Source of the DNA: Octopus vulgaris
Taxonomy: Eukaryota
Direction: 5' to 3'
NCBI GenBank assembly: GCA_951406725.2
Contig: OX597833.1
Coordinates: forward strand, 29,760,001 to 29,824,000
Length of the DNA: 64,000 bases
Shown here one piece after another: positions 12,360 through 24,060 of this stretch (positions are counted from its first letter, which is position 1; every line of letters begins with the position of its first letter). The notes below the pieces were generated by a model, which worked only from the letters and a program-made list of their open reading frames with translations, searched no databases and was not told the origin of the DNA. Position numbers and translations under genes: made by a program.

Positions 12360-14208
12360 ATGAATAGGAGGGGCAGTGTGAATCACCCAGAAAACTTTTG
12401 TTAACTCTGTGGAAAATTTGCTCCATGTGACTAGCAGAGGAACATTGCCACCAAATTAAAAATTGCCTATAAATATTATTTTGGATGTAAAGTTGGTGAT
12501 AAATACAAGAGGTGGGTACTTCATATATGTTACACCATGTGTTACTCAGGGTTTACACAGTGGCTGAATGGAAAATGGAAGGGAATGCCTTTTGCTGTAC
12601 CAATGGTATAGCATGAACCAACCAATCATGTCTCTGATTGTTACCTTTACATAACTAATATTAGTGGTTTCTCAAAGAAGACCAAAGCAAAAGTTGTGTA
12701 TACAGATTTTAAGTCGGCTCTGAAACTGGTCCCACATGACTTTGAGAACCCTATCCTAGTTCCCCTCTCACATGCTTCACTTGAAAATCTTGACATGTCA
12801 CATGATGAACCCCCTGACTCTCTTATCAACGAAAATGAGCCAGGCTAGTTTAATCAAGAAAATTTAAACGATTTAGTAAGAGACCTAGCATTGTCAAAGG
12901 AGAGGGCAGAAGTTTTGGGATCCAAACTACAACGGAATCTCCTACAGCAAAGTATGAAAATTTCCATTTTCTGTTCTTGCCATAAAGGCTTACTTGTCTT
13001 TTTCAAACAAGAAAATAATGCTTGTTTCTGTACTAATGTTAATGCACTCATTCAAAAACTAGGACACATGCATGTGGCTAATGAATGGAGATTGTTTATA
13101 GACTCAAGTAAGGTTAGACTCAAAGCTGTGTTGTCACATAATGGTAATGAAAAACCTTCCACTCCTGTGGGTCAGGTTGTCAGTATGGAAGAAATTTATG
13201 AATTGATGGAACTCATTCTGAAAGGAATTAACCCTTTCGTTACCAACCCGGCTGAAACCGGCTCTGGCTCTTTAGTACAAATGTCTGGTTTTCAAAAGTT
13301 CTGAATTAAAACCTTCCACCAAACCTTAGTCACAATTTATGTCCCTAACTCTACCTTAATGATAACGATGTTATTTTACTTAATTCTTTGTTATATTTAA
13401 CATAATTGGAAGAAACACTAAGCATCTCAAAATAAATTCAGTAACGAAAGGGTTAATTACTCAGTTCACAAGTGGAATGTTTGTGGTGATTTAAAGGTGA
13501 TTTCCCTCCTCCTAGGACTGCATCTGGGACATACCAAAAGTATGTGCTTCTTGTGTATTTGGAACAGCCATGACAACAGCAATCATTACACTGTAAAAAA
13601 CTGGCCTAAAAGAGATGAGCGCTTAGTTGGACAGTACAATGTGCAGCATATGCCACTGGTAGACCCACAAAAGATCTTCCTTCCACCCCTTCACATCAAA
13701 TTCGACTTCATGCAAAACTTCATAAAAGCAATGAGACACAATAGTTGTGGCTTCTAGTACCTAAAAGTAAAATTTGGTGCAGAGAAAAATGACACATAAC
13801 TGAAAGCAGGCATTTTCGTTGGAACCAAGATCTGATAGCATATTCAGAGGTAAACTGAATCCAGTTGAGCTGACAGCATGGGATTCATTCATGTTAGTTG
13901 AAAAGAATTTTCTTGGAAATCATAGAGATGAAAACTATGCTGATTTAATAAACAACATACTAACAGCATATGAAAGAATGGGATGCCGAATGTCCCTTAA
14001 AATACATTTCTTGCATTTTCATCTTGATTTTTTTCCAATGAATCTTGGTAATGAGCATGGTGAGGGGTTCCAACAGGACATATCTGACATAGAAACGAGG
14101 TATCAAGGCCGGTTCAATCCACACATGATGGGTGACTACAGCTGGTTCCTACAACAGTAGACCAGCATAACGCATAAACCCGAGTGCAAGTGTCTCAAAC
14201 ATTTCTGA
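12360..14208 (+). pseudogene. Chapaev3-like transposase, multiple stops/frameshifts
   Basis: Motifs YFGCKVGD..W..HIC...C, EPTNHVSDCY (Chapa zinc finger), WRLFIDSSK, VCGDLKV, CFLC.W, LPPLHIK, EHGEGFQQDI. Confidence 0.8.
13228..13456. mobile_element. piggyBac-like MITE inserted in the transposase at TTAA
   Basis: Perfect 12-bp TIR ccctttcgttac/gtaacgaaaggg with TTAA on both sides; the transposase continues on each side. Confidence 0.9.
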
Positions 14209-14796
14209 GCTGAGTATATCAAAAATAAAGTGAGTATTCTCTTAACATAAATATGCTGTGTACCATTATATTATAATACTATTTGACTGGAACATAAATT
14301 TACTATATACAGTACTAATATACTGTGATAATAATTATTTACCTTGAACTTAACTATTCTTGATTCTAATATAGTTTTAATATATAATTATGCGCATAAC
14401 TCAAAATCCTGAAATGCTCCAGCAACTCTGAATTTAGATTCGGAATCAGTGCACTCGATGTAGTTTGGTACAGTTCCATTTGTCTGGGTAGCAGACAATA
14501 AATCCTTTTTTTTTTGCCCAGTGAATGCAAACACAGAGTTAAGGATTATCTCAATAGATTCATACGTACACTTTGTCAACATCTTTCCATTATAAATTCT
14601 ACATTTTAAAATTAGTTTTCAAAAACATTTGTCTCCTCATCCCTTTCTAAGATCAACATACCATTGTTTAAACTGCAAACAATTAATTCTAACCTAACAG
14701 TCATAAGCATATCTATCTGCTCTACATAATAAAATAACATTTGCTCTACGTAAAATAAATTTCTAATATATTTTACAATTCTTACATCATGAAATG

Positions 14797-14850
<54 letters not shown>

Positions 14851-14872
14851 CATGTGTATGTGTGTGTTTGTA

Positions 14873-15331
14873 CATTGTTGGCATCCTTTTGTCTCAGGAG
14901 ACAATGGAGTTGTGCATAAAATAATCCAGTCTGGTTTTCGTGACTGCTACCTCCCATGTTTTTCCTGCCACTTTTTACAGCAGTACTGAAATGCCCTCTC
15001 CAGTTTCGCACAGGACTGGGCTAGATGTAAGAAAATCCAGGGTAGCCCAATCGTCAGGATTCCTCTCTGGACCTTGCTGAAGTAGTCCAAAGGAGAGCAG
15101 AGCATTACGCTTGGTACCAGCTTGGTTGCAGAAGCTGCCAGAAGAGTGTCAAGTTGAACACTAAACCACCTACATGCTCCACTCTAGATTTCTTTGAAGG
15201 TTATCTCCTTTCCATAACCCTGGAAAGGGACCCATACAGGGTACTGTCAGCCAGAGACAGTTGAGCTCTGGATTCATGTCAGGCAGGGCTGTCACTCCCT
15301 GAAGTAGTGAAGAAAATCGCTACCCGCTACC
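14873..15331 (+). mobile_element. Non-coding RTE(BovB-like) 5'UTR-derived element
   Basis: Starts gttggcatccttttgtctcaggagacaatgg and carries tagtccaaaggagagcagagcattacgcttggtaccagcttggttgcag, typical of RTE 5' regions; lies between microsatellites. Confidence 0.55.
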
Positions 15332-15341
15332 TATATATATG

Positions 15342-15381
<40 letters not shown>

Positions 15382-15526
15382 TTTATATATATATATGTAT
15401 ATGTATATATATATATTACGACGTTTCTCTCTCTATATATAAATATAAATTAGTCTGCAAATTATCCTACATTCCAAAACATATAATACGTATGTACATA
15501 TTAGTATGTTTAAATGGAAAAAAAGT

Positions 15527-15558
<32 letters not shown>

Positions 15559-15840
15559 GTTTGTGCATATATGTATGTGTGCATATGCATATATACATTC
15601 CTCATGTGTGTGCAGATTAGTTTTGACATAACTGTAATAACTGTATGATATATTGATATATTGATAGTAAAATTACTATCCTTATAACTTTCAAAAATAT
15701 CTGTATATATATTATATTCTATATTCTATGTACTATCTGTTGTGAATAACAGAATGCGTCTAATATTAATAATATTAGTAATAACTGAATATTATATATG
15801 CTTATGGATGTAGATATGTATGTATGTATATTTCAGTATA

Positions 15841-15874
<34 letters not shown>

Positions 15875-15993
15875 AGTATTTATGTACATCTATATATGTA
15901 TGTATATTTATATCTATATATATAAATATTCAAATGTGTGTGTATTTTATTTATTTATATTTATATTTATTATAACTTAACATTATGTATTGT

Positions 15994-16122
15994 ATAATCT
16001 CTGACGAAGCCTAGAGGTATATACAAGTACCTCATGTTCATCTACTTATTACTTCAGTCCACCTGAGTAATAAAGGTAGAATGAGGTATTTTTATCTATT
16101 GGCTGAAACAGCTGTAAGTTAT
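15994..16122 (+). ncRNA. Type I hammerhead ribozyme with 97-nt stem II, in a ~630-bp AT-rich element (~15875-16505)
   Basis: ataatct-CTGACGA(16001)-agcc...ggct-GAAA(16105)-cagctg-TA-agttat. Stem II interior pairs taga/tcta, tacctcat/atgaggta, tctac/gtaga, ttattact/agtaataa. Predicted cut after GUA at 16116. Confidence 0.85.
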
Positions 16123-16503
16123 TTTCCCAATATATATTCATGTTTTTTATAATAATTACTGGTATCCTTATATATTACTATATTTTATATCTTATATTTT
16201 ATATGTAAAGAATAATTGTATGTATATTATTGTAATTATCAGTTTAGTAAATAAATAAATAAGTTAACATAATATAATGTCTAAAAGTTGATGAACCACT
16301 TATTGATCTCCTCCATTTTCTTATTGGTCTATAAATTAATAGTAAAATATCTCTTTACCTTCACCCGTTTAGTATACTAGGTAATGTAATTGTAATGCAA
16401 TAAAAAACACTTGTGTATTAATAATTGGGTATTCTACCAGCAGTATATTAGATAGATATTATCCCTTAGTGGGTTGGATTCACAACCTCTAACTTTCTTG
16501 GAG

Positions 16504-16557
<54 letters not shown>

Positions 16558-16608
16558 AATATTAAATTTCTAAATATCTCATAGAGATATGTACGGTGGT
16601 GGGGCGAT

Positions 16609-16899
16609 AGAGTGGTTGTATACTGTCAACTTAACGTGACAGTAAGGGAATTACACCACCGCTGTTTAGCCCTAGGAAGCATCGACGTTTCCTGTCAGCC
16701 TCGACCACCGCTGTTTAGCCGTAGGAAGCATCGACGTTTCCTGTCAGCCTCGACCACCGCTGTTTAGCCGTAGGAAGCATCGACGTTTCCTGTCGGCCTC
16801 GACAAATGTGTCGAGGCTGACAGGAAACGTTGATGCTTCCTAGGGCTAAACAGCGGTGGTGTAATTCCCTTACTGTCACGTTAAGTTTACAGTATACAA

Positions 16900-16906
<7 letters not shown>
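16609..16906. repeat. Foldback palindrome with three 49-bp tandem units in the left arm
   Basis: agagtggttgtatactg...gcctcgaca-aatg-tgtcgaggc...cagtatacaaccactct; tandem units at 16657, 16706 and 16755. Confidence 0.95.
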
Positions 16907-16933
<27 letters not shown>

Positions 16934-17019
16934 AATATATATATATATATATGATAGTTGACTTTTTCAAACTTGCAGACATCTTTTGGGTTTTTTATTT
17001 TTATGATTTTAAATACATT

Positions 17020-17230
17020 TAAGTGGCAAGCTGGCTGAATTATTAGCATGCCAAATGAAATGCTTAGTGGCATTTCATCTGTCTTTGTGTTCTGAGTGTG
17101 AATTTTGTCAAGGTTGACTGTACCTTTCATCCTTTTGGGTTCAATAAAATTAGTACCACTGGAGTCGATGTAAATGACTTATCCCTACCCTGAAATTGCT
17201 GGACTTGTGTAAAAATTTGAAACCATTATT
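17020..17230 (+). mobile_element. MetaSINE-like tRNA-derived SINE
   Basis: Core cctttcatccttttgggttcaataaaattagtacca. Other copies at ~17690-17885(-), 28950-29165(+), 36780-36970(-) and 48777-48946(+). Confidence 0.7.
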
Positions 17231-18895
17231 TTTAATATATTTTTATTACATCTTAAACATATTTTCTGAATTTGTAAAATGTTCTTAAGAAATTTAATTT
17301 TGTCTTGTATGCTTTATTTTTTTTATTTTAGACTATTTCTTGTTTTTGATCATCAGAATCTTTCTCATCATTATAATTGTCATCATCACTACTAACATCA
17401 TAACAATAAACAGCAGTTCACCACTTCCATCACATAAATATCATCATTTTTCATTGCTATCACCTCAAATCACTATTTATCCTGCTACCAACTATGGAAA
17501 TACATCTTCCATCTCCACAGCTTCATAGTCTTTCCTCATCCCTCTGTAGCAGGAATGTTTGGCAGTCAAATCACTACATCCAGTGTTGTGATTCACTAGA
17601 ATATTTATTACCCACGTGATCAACAAATCTGATTAATCTTTGTATTTATTTACTTATTTACTTAAACATTTACATTAGTTTTGTATTTTGGCACAAGCCA
17701 GCAAATTTGGGGTATAGGGTAAATCAGTTACATTGACCTCATTGGTCAACTGGTACTTATTTTATCAACTTCAAAAAGATGAAAGGCAAATCAACACTAC
17801 TGGAATTTGAACTCAGAACGTAAAAAGGGACAAAATGTTGCTAAGCATTTTACCTATTGTGCTAATGATTCTGCCAGCTTGCAGCCTTTATTTAAACACT
17901 TATATTAACATTTAAACATTCATGTTAATCTTTAATTTACTCTGATTTATGTCCCCTGCCAATTCAGTATTATTTGTTGTATTCTTCATCAAGGAAACTA
18001 TGTTTCAGGGTTAGTTCCACTGCCTGGTATCTTGGGAAAATATCTTCTACTATAGCCTTGAGCTGCCTACAGCCTTGTTAGTAATATTGGTAGGTGGAAA
18101 CTGTATGGAAGCCAAAAGGAGACATTATTTACATTCCCTAGTAAACAAATGTCCCATTATTCAGATGACATGTGAAGATCACTGAAATGAAAAGTACCTT
18201 ACTTGAAAAACAAGTGGGGTTCTGGCAAGAAGAGCATCTGGCAAAAGAAAATGTCTCAAAAAGTTCCATCTGACCTATATCAGCATTGAAAATTGCATAT
18301 AAAAATGATGAAGATGATGATGGTTACACATATACATATATTATCATCATCATCATCATCATTATCATAATTTAACGTCCGTTTTCCATGCTGGCATGAG
18401 TTGGACGGTTTGACTGGGGTATGGAGAGCCAGCGGCTGCACCAGGCTCCAATCTGATCTGACAATTTTTCTACAGCTGGATACCCTTTCTAATGCCAGCC
18501 ACTCCAAGAGTGTAGTGGGTGCTTTTTACATGCCACTGGCACAGGAGCCAGTCAAGCAGGCTGGCATCGATCACATCTGGATAGTGCTTTTTAAGTGCCA
18601 TTGGCACAGGGGCCCGTCACGAGGTACTGGCATTGACCACATTCAGATGGTGCTTTTTACGTGCCACCAGAAAAAGGGGCTAGTCAGGTGGACCTGGCAT
18701 CAACCACATTCGGATGGTCTTTTTTTACATCGCCGGCACAGGAGCCAGTCAGCGGGCACTGGCCACAGCTATGATATTGATTTTGCTTGACTCAACAGGT
18801 CTTCTCAAGCATATCATATCTCATGATGCATCTATGAATATAATATATAGCATAACATAATATAATATTATATAAATAATTATAAAAACCATAAA

Positions 18896-18980
18896 AGCCC
18901 AACAAATTGTTTTGACTTATATACTTTTTCTGATATGCATAATCACAGTTCCATTATATATATATAGTCACTTCAGGGTA
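18896..18980 (-). ncRNA. Decayed hammerhead ribozyme
   Basis: Minus strand: tacc-CTGAAG(A lost)T-gactatata...tatataagtc-AAAA(G>A)-caa t ttg-TT-ggg. Stems II and III are retained but the core is mutated. Confidence 0.5.
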
Positions 18981-19510
18981 TTTGGTTCAGAAAAGACAAA
19001 ATTTCATATATATGTATATATATGCATACAGTCATGGTCAGTGTGGCGTCCAAGAGAGATGACTGTACTGGTATGGTCATGTATTATGTTTGGATGAGGA
19101 CAGCTACATGAGGAAGTGCCACTCCCTAACAGGAAGACATGGTGGTGAAGCATGACCTTTGAACCTTGGGCCTCACAGAGGCAGTGACAGGAGACTGAGA
19201 TCTTTAGAGATATGCTGTGATTGAGAAGACCTGGCAACTAAAGTGAGGTCACAGCCATGGCCAATGCCAGTGTTGCATGTCAAGCCCAGGGACCTGATTA
19301 ATCTAATATCTGTCTTTAGGAGTTATATTTTACAAAACATGTGCAAACACATATATAGATATAAGTATTTTATATTTGATTTGCAGCCATGTGGTTTAAG
19401 ACTTGGTCTCGATGTCTGGCATCTTGGATATCTTCTATATCCTCCTGTTGACCAAGTGCCTTATGAATGAAATTGGTATAAAGAAACTGTCTGGGAACCT
19501 GTCATACATA

Positions 19511-19542
<32 letters not shown>

Positions 19543-20262
19543 AGTGTGTGCATGTGCGTGTGTCCTTGTCTTGACACTACGCAGTGGATATAAACACGTG
19601 TCCCCATCATATAAGCGGGCATCTCTAATTTCCAGTCTTTTGTAAAAACCTGTCCGGTCAAGCAACAAGAAGGACTTCCAGCCATAGGGAGAAAGTTTCC
19701 TTCAACAAATGCCATTTGACCCATACAAGCATGGATTAGTAGACATTGAAACAATGATGATGACAACAATGATGACGATGATGATGACGATGATGACGAT
19801 GATGATGATACACGTAAAAATCCCAAACCATATGGTTGTGAATGTTGTGAAGTTATTAGACAAAATTACTGAGTAACCATGACTTTGAAATTTTGCTGGC
19901 AATGGAGCTCATCTGACGTGATCTGACAAGCTGTCACTGGCAAGATTTCCAAATCAAAGTCACTCTGTACTTCCATCTAATAATATCTTTTTTTTTTAAT
20001 ATTTTTCTTTGTTTCAGTAATTTGACTGCAGACATCCTGGGGCACTCACCTTGAAGAATCTTAGTTAAACGAATCAAACTCAGTGCTTTTTTTTTTATAA
20101 ACCTGATATTTATTCTATCAGTTTCTTCCACTGAACCACTAAGTCATGGGGATACAAGCACACCAATATTAACCATCAAGCAGTGGTGGGGAACAAACAC
20201 ACACACACAAATATATATATATATAATTTGTGTATATACATTATCTAGTGAAAGCAGTTTAT

Positions 20263-20323
20263 GGAGTTACTCTGGGTTTCCCATTCATAAAGGGTTCAAC
20301 TTTATTGTGTATCATCAGACCCC
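20263..20323 (-). ncRNA. Type I hammerhead ribozyme with degenerate stems, in element ~20245-20707
   Basis: Minus strand: ggggt-CTGATGA-tacaca ataaag ttgaacc ctttat gaatgg-GAAA-cccagag-TA-actcc. Stem I has 5 bp; the base of stem II and stem III are mismatched. Confidence 0.65.
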
Positions 20324-20704
20324 AATGATTGGAGGCCTAAGACCTCTTTAAAATATGGAGGGGAAAGAATCTCAGTGTAAAAGGCAAAAACAAGGAGATT
20401 ATCTCTCTCTGCTAGTGGTTATCAACTTCTGGCTGTGCCGCCATCAATCGGCCATGAGAGTAAACAATAGAGAATCATCTCTCTCTCCCACTAGCTGCCA
20501 AATTCTGGTTCCCAAAAGGCCTTCAGAAATTTCCTAAAATACAAAAATCTCTGTTCTGGAGTTAAGTATTGCACCTGGTTCAAGCAAGTCTTTTAGGATC
20601 CTTGTGTGTTTAGCTTATGCATAGCTTGCAGTGATTTGTCCCATTTATGTAGGGGCCTGGTCTTTCTTAGTGTGTACTTCTATGGATTTATGTTTTTTTA
20701 ATAA

Positions 20705-20756
<52 letters not shown>

Positions 20757-20880
20757 CATATATAGATAAAACTTACTTGGAAGAAGATGCATGGCATTCA
20801 ATCATATAATAATACAAATAATATATATATATGCATATATACATACATATATGTACATACATACATCTATACATACATAC

Positions 20881-20935
<55 letters not shown>

Positions 20936-20938
<3 letters not shown>

Positions 20939-21671
20939 TAACAATATAGGATGAAGTCCCTTTCTCTACAGAAAAGGATTCCAGCAAAAAGCGTGGTAGT
21001 ATATTAAAAAACCATTACGGTTGAAGTATAAACATCTTATAATTAAGGGCTAAAGAAGATTATTCTATAGCCAATACACTGATTCCTGCTTTCAGTTAAA
21101 TTTTCCTGTAACAAGTGGATTATAAGTGGATAAATCAGTGTATTGGCTATAGAATAACCTTCTTTAGCCCTTAATTATAAGATGTTTATACTTCAACCGT
21201 AATGGTTTTTTTTAATATACTGCCACGCTTTTTGATGGAATCCTTTTCTGTAGAGAAAGGGACTTCATCCTATATTGTTAGTAGTAAACTCACTGCTTGT
21301 TACAAGGGGACCGGTAACCATTACAATATGTAGCGGCGACAGGTCAACACGTTGTTCTGAGACTGACCAAGAAATTTTTATTTTTAGATATAAATGATGT
21401 ACTTAAATGTAGTTGTGTTTTTAGCTTCTGCTTTTTCCATGATCACATGTGAGTATTTTATTTATGTTCCCTCGTAAGCTCTACTGATGAAGAATATATC
21501 CTTTATAGGGATTAATTCCGAAATTGATTCAATATAGAGATAACAAAATTTAAATTTTCTAAAGGTTAGTTGCCCGCTTTCAGTTCAATTTTCCTGTAAC
21601 AAGTGGATTATAAGTGGATAAATCAGTGTATTGGCTATAGAATAACCTTCTTTAGCCCTTAATTATAAGAT
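20936..21671 (+). mobile_element. Non-autonomous Penelope-like/retrozyme-like element with direct and inverted terminal repeats
   Basis: 99-bp direct repeat at 21085-21183 and 21573-21671 (period 488); ~150-bp inverted repeat at 20936-21084 and 21133-21283; internal hammerhead; (TA)n on both sides; no ORF. Confidence 0.8.
21479..21539 (+). ncRNA. Type I hammerhead ribozyme
   Basis: ctcta-CTGATGA(21484)-agaat at atcctt tat agggat ta attcc-GAAA(21520)-ttga t tcaa-TA-tagag. Perfect 5-bp stem I; AUA triplet with predicted cut after 21534; first stem II pair is A-C. Confidence 0.85.
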
Positions 21672-22181
21672 ATATATATATATATATGCATATGTGGGCA
21701 TAGGATGTCACGAAACATGTACAACAAAAAATACGAAATACAAGTACATGGAATATGAACTATTTTTTCGAACAATGAAAAACACAAATGGAAAACAAGA
21801 CAAACAACATAAAGAACGACCCTTTATCAGTTGTTGGCTGTTTTTCTACTCTCATATTTCAAGCATTTCACAACAAGATACGCTTTTGATAAAACAATTG
21901 CTCCCACAAAGCAAATTAAACAAAATTTGGGATTTTGCAGAACGTCAAAATTGGTAACAAAAACAGGACAGTGAAAACAAACAGGAAGGGCTGCGAAGCC
22001 TAAACAAGGTTGTGGTGGCAAACACGTAAATCAAGCTTGGACAGGAGACAGACAAGAACACATCTTCCTTGTAAGTATGTACATATACGTATATATAAAT
22101 GCATATGTATATATATTATTTATATTATTATTATCCTTATATATATTTATATATATATTCACACACACGCACGCTGACACG

Positions 22182-22241
<60 letters not shown>

Positions 22242-23239
22242 AATACATAAATGCATGCACATACACAAATATATAGATAGATAGATAGATGATAGACAGA
22301 CAGATAGATAGATATTTATGGGCTTCTTTTAGTTTCCTTCTACTAAATCCATTCTCAAGGCTTTTGTCATCCACATAGTGAGACTGAACCTGGAACCATG
22401 TGGTTGAGAAGCAAATTTCTTACCATACAGCCATGACCGTTCCTACATATTTAAATTACATATAAAAATATTTTACTATCAACAAATTAGGGATCTTGTC
22501 TCCCTTCTGTAACATTCAACATTACAGTTCTGAACCATTTATTGTCTATGTCCAACAAACGATGAAGAAAGTACTATGAGGTCATGCAACTCTGCAAGAA
22601 ATAATAGCTAATTCTCCCCCTGCCATCTTAAATACAGAAAGAACACAAGAATAATAAAGTCCTTGATAAATTCTTTGCTCATAGCTATAACACCTCTTAT
22701 CATGTGTGCTTGATGAACAACAGCAGAAGAAGAAGAATGCAATAATAAAGGTGTTGGTTCCAGTTTCAGTTTTTGTTTAATCCCAGGTGAACCCTGCTCA
22801 AGTAAACTTGTGATCAAAGCTTTCAGCCATAATATTGCTTATTTTTAAAAGTAAATAGGACTACATTATCCAAGGTACCTTGTCTTCTTGTTGGTTTTAT
22901 AAATGTTTAGTCCCAGGTCGGCTGTGATGAAATAAATCTATGATCAAAGGCATTCCAGCTGTGTCCATCATGTCCTTTATCTTTTTTTTTTTTTTTGACA
23001 TTGAATCTTGAACTATGTGGCCTTCTTTTTTTTCAAGCTGGCAGAGACTAATTTGAGGGAAAATTGGCAGCTACTTGAATGACGATGCAGATTGAATGAC
23101 TATGCAGAAACTTCATTATTGCTGTTGTTTATTCTCAGTTCATCACTGGCTGTAAAGACTTATATACAACAAAAGGTATTCTAGCAATGACTGTCTTGCT
23201 TATTTTCCTTGGCAGAAGACTACATTATCCAATATAGTC

Positions 23240-24060
23240 TTCTTTATGCTGATGCCCTTGCTCTTATTGCAGAATCTGTAGCAGAATTGGAGAAGAAACT
23301 CCAGGTATAGCAACAAAACCTGGAATCAAAGGGCCTTGAAGTTAAAGTAGCTAAGACCAAAGTCGTTGTTAGTAAAAAAGAAGATAAAACTCTCTGTCAG
23401 GTAAATGGCCCTGCTCAATACGTAGGAAAGGAGTTAGAAGAAATTTCTTTCGTAGCACCCAGTGTAAACTATGGACACATTAGAGACGCAATGGAATCAC
23501 AGGTAGATTAACAAATAAAGTCATCTTTGTATGTGGCAGATATGCAGGAACAATAAGTACTAAGAGCACATGAGGGCTTAGATTCTCTCAAATGCCCAGG
23601 AGGTTCTCTTGAGGTTGTAGATAGTTTCTGTTGCCTAGGTGACAAAATTAGCAATGGTGGAGGATGTTCTGACAGTATTGTTTCTAGACTAAGAATTGGG
23701 TGGAGGAGGTTCAGATAGCTATTACCTCTGCTGGCAACAAAAAGACTCTCTCTCAGAGTGAAAGGTAGGCTATATGATGCTTGTGTGCAAATGGCTATAC
23801 TCCATGGTAGTGAGGCATGGGCTCTGAAAGAGGAATCAAATGTAGCATGCAAGAGAGAAGACTACATTGGTTTGGACATGTGATGTGCATGAATGAGGAC
23901 ATCTGCATAAAGAAGTGCCGATCACTGAAAGTAGGTGGTACCCAGGAAGATGTGGGATGAAGTGGTAAGGACCAATCACAGGATGTTAAGCCTCAAGGAG
24001 GAAAGGACAAAGGACTGAGATGTCTGGCAATATGAAGATCTTCAGAAGACCGGCCCATGT
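23240..24060 (+). mobile_element. RTE LINE 3' fragment
   Basis: Begins at a YADA-like codon run and is collinear with 50340-50990 and 7940-9280. Confidence 0.8.

Larger units (their letters stand above)
11719..14523 (+). mobile_element. Chapaev3-like (CMC-group) DNA transposon fossil
   Basis: Right end tttttgcccagtg (reverse complement CACTGGGCAAAA); degenerate left end ccctagacaaaacaaaa; contains transposase remnants. The TSD was not recovered. Confidence 0.7.

Noticed and set aside
16657-16803. 49-bp repeats as CRISPR
   Set aside because: Head-to-tail with no spacers.
21693-22075. Insert with GAAA-catg-TA (+) and CTGATAA (-) motifs
   Set aside because: The halves are on opposite strands and cannot be assembled into a ribozyme; probably a related repeat but unsupported.
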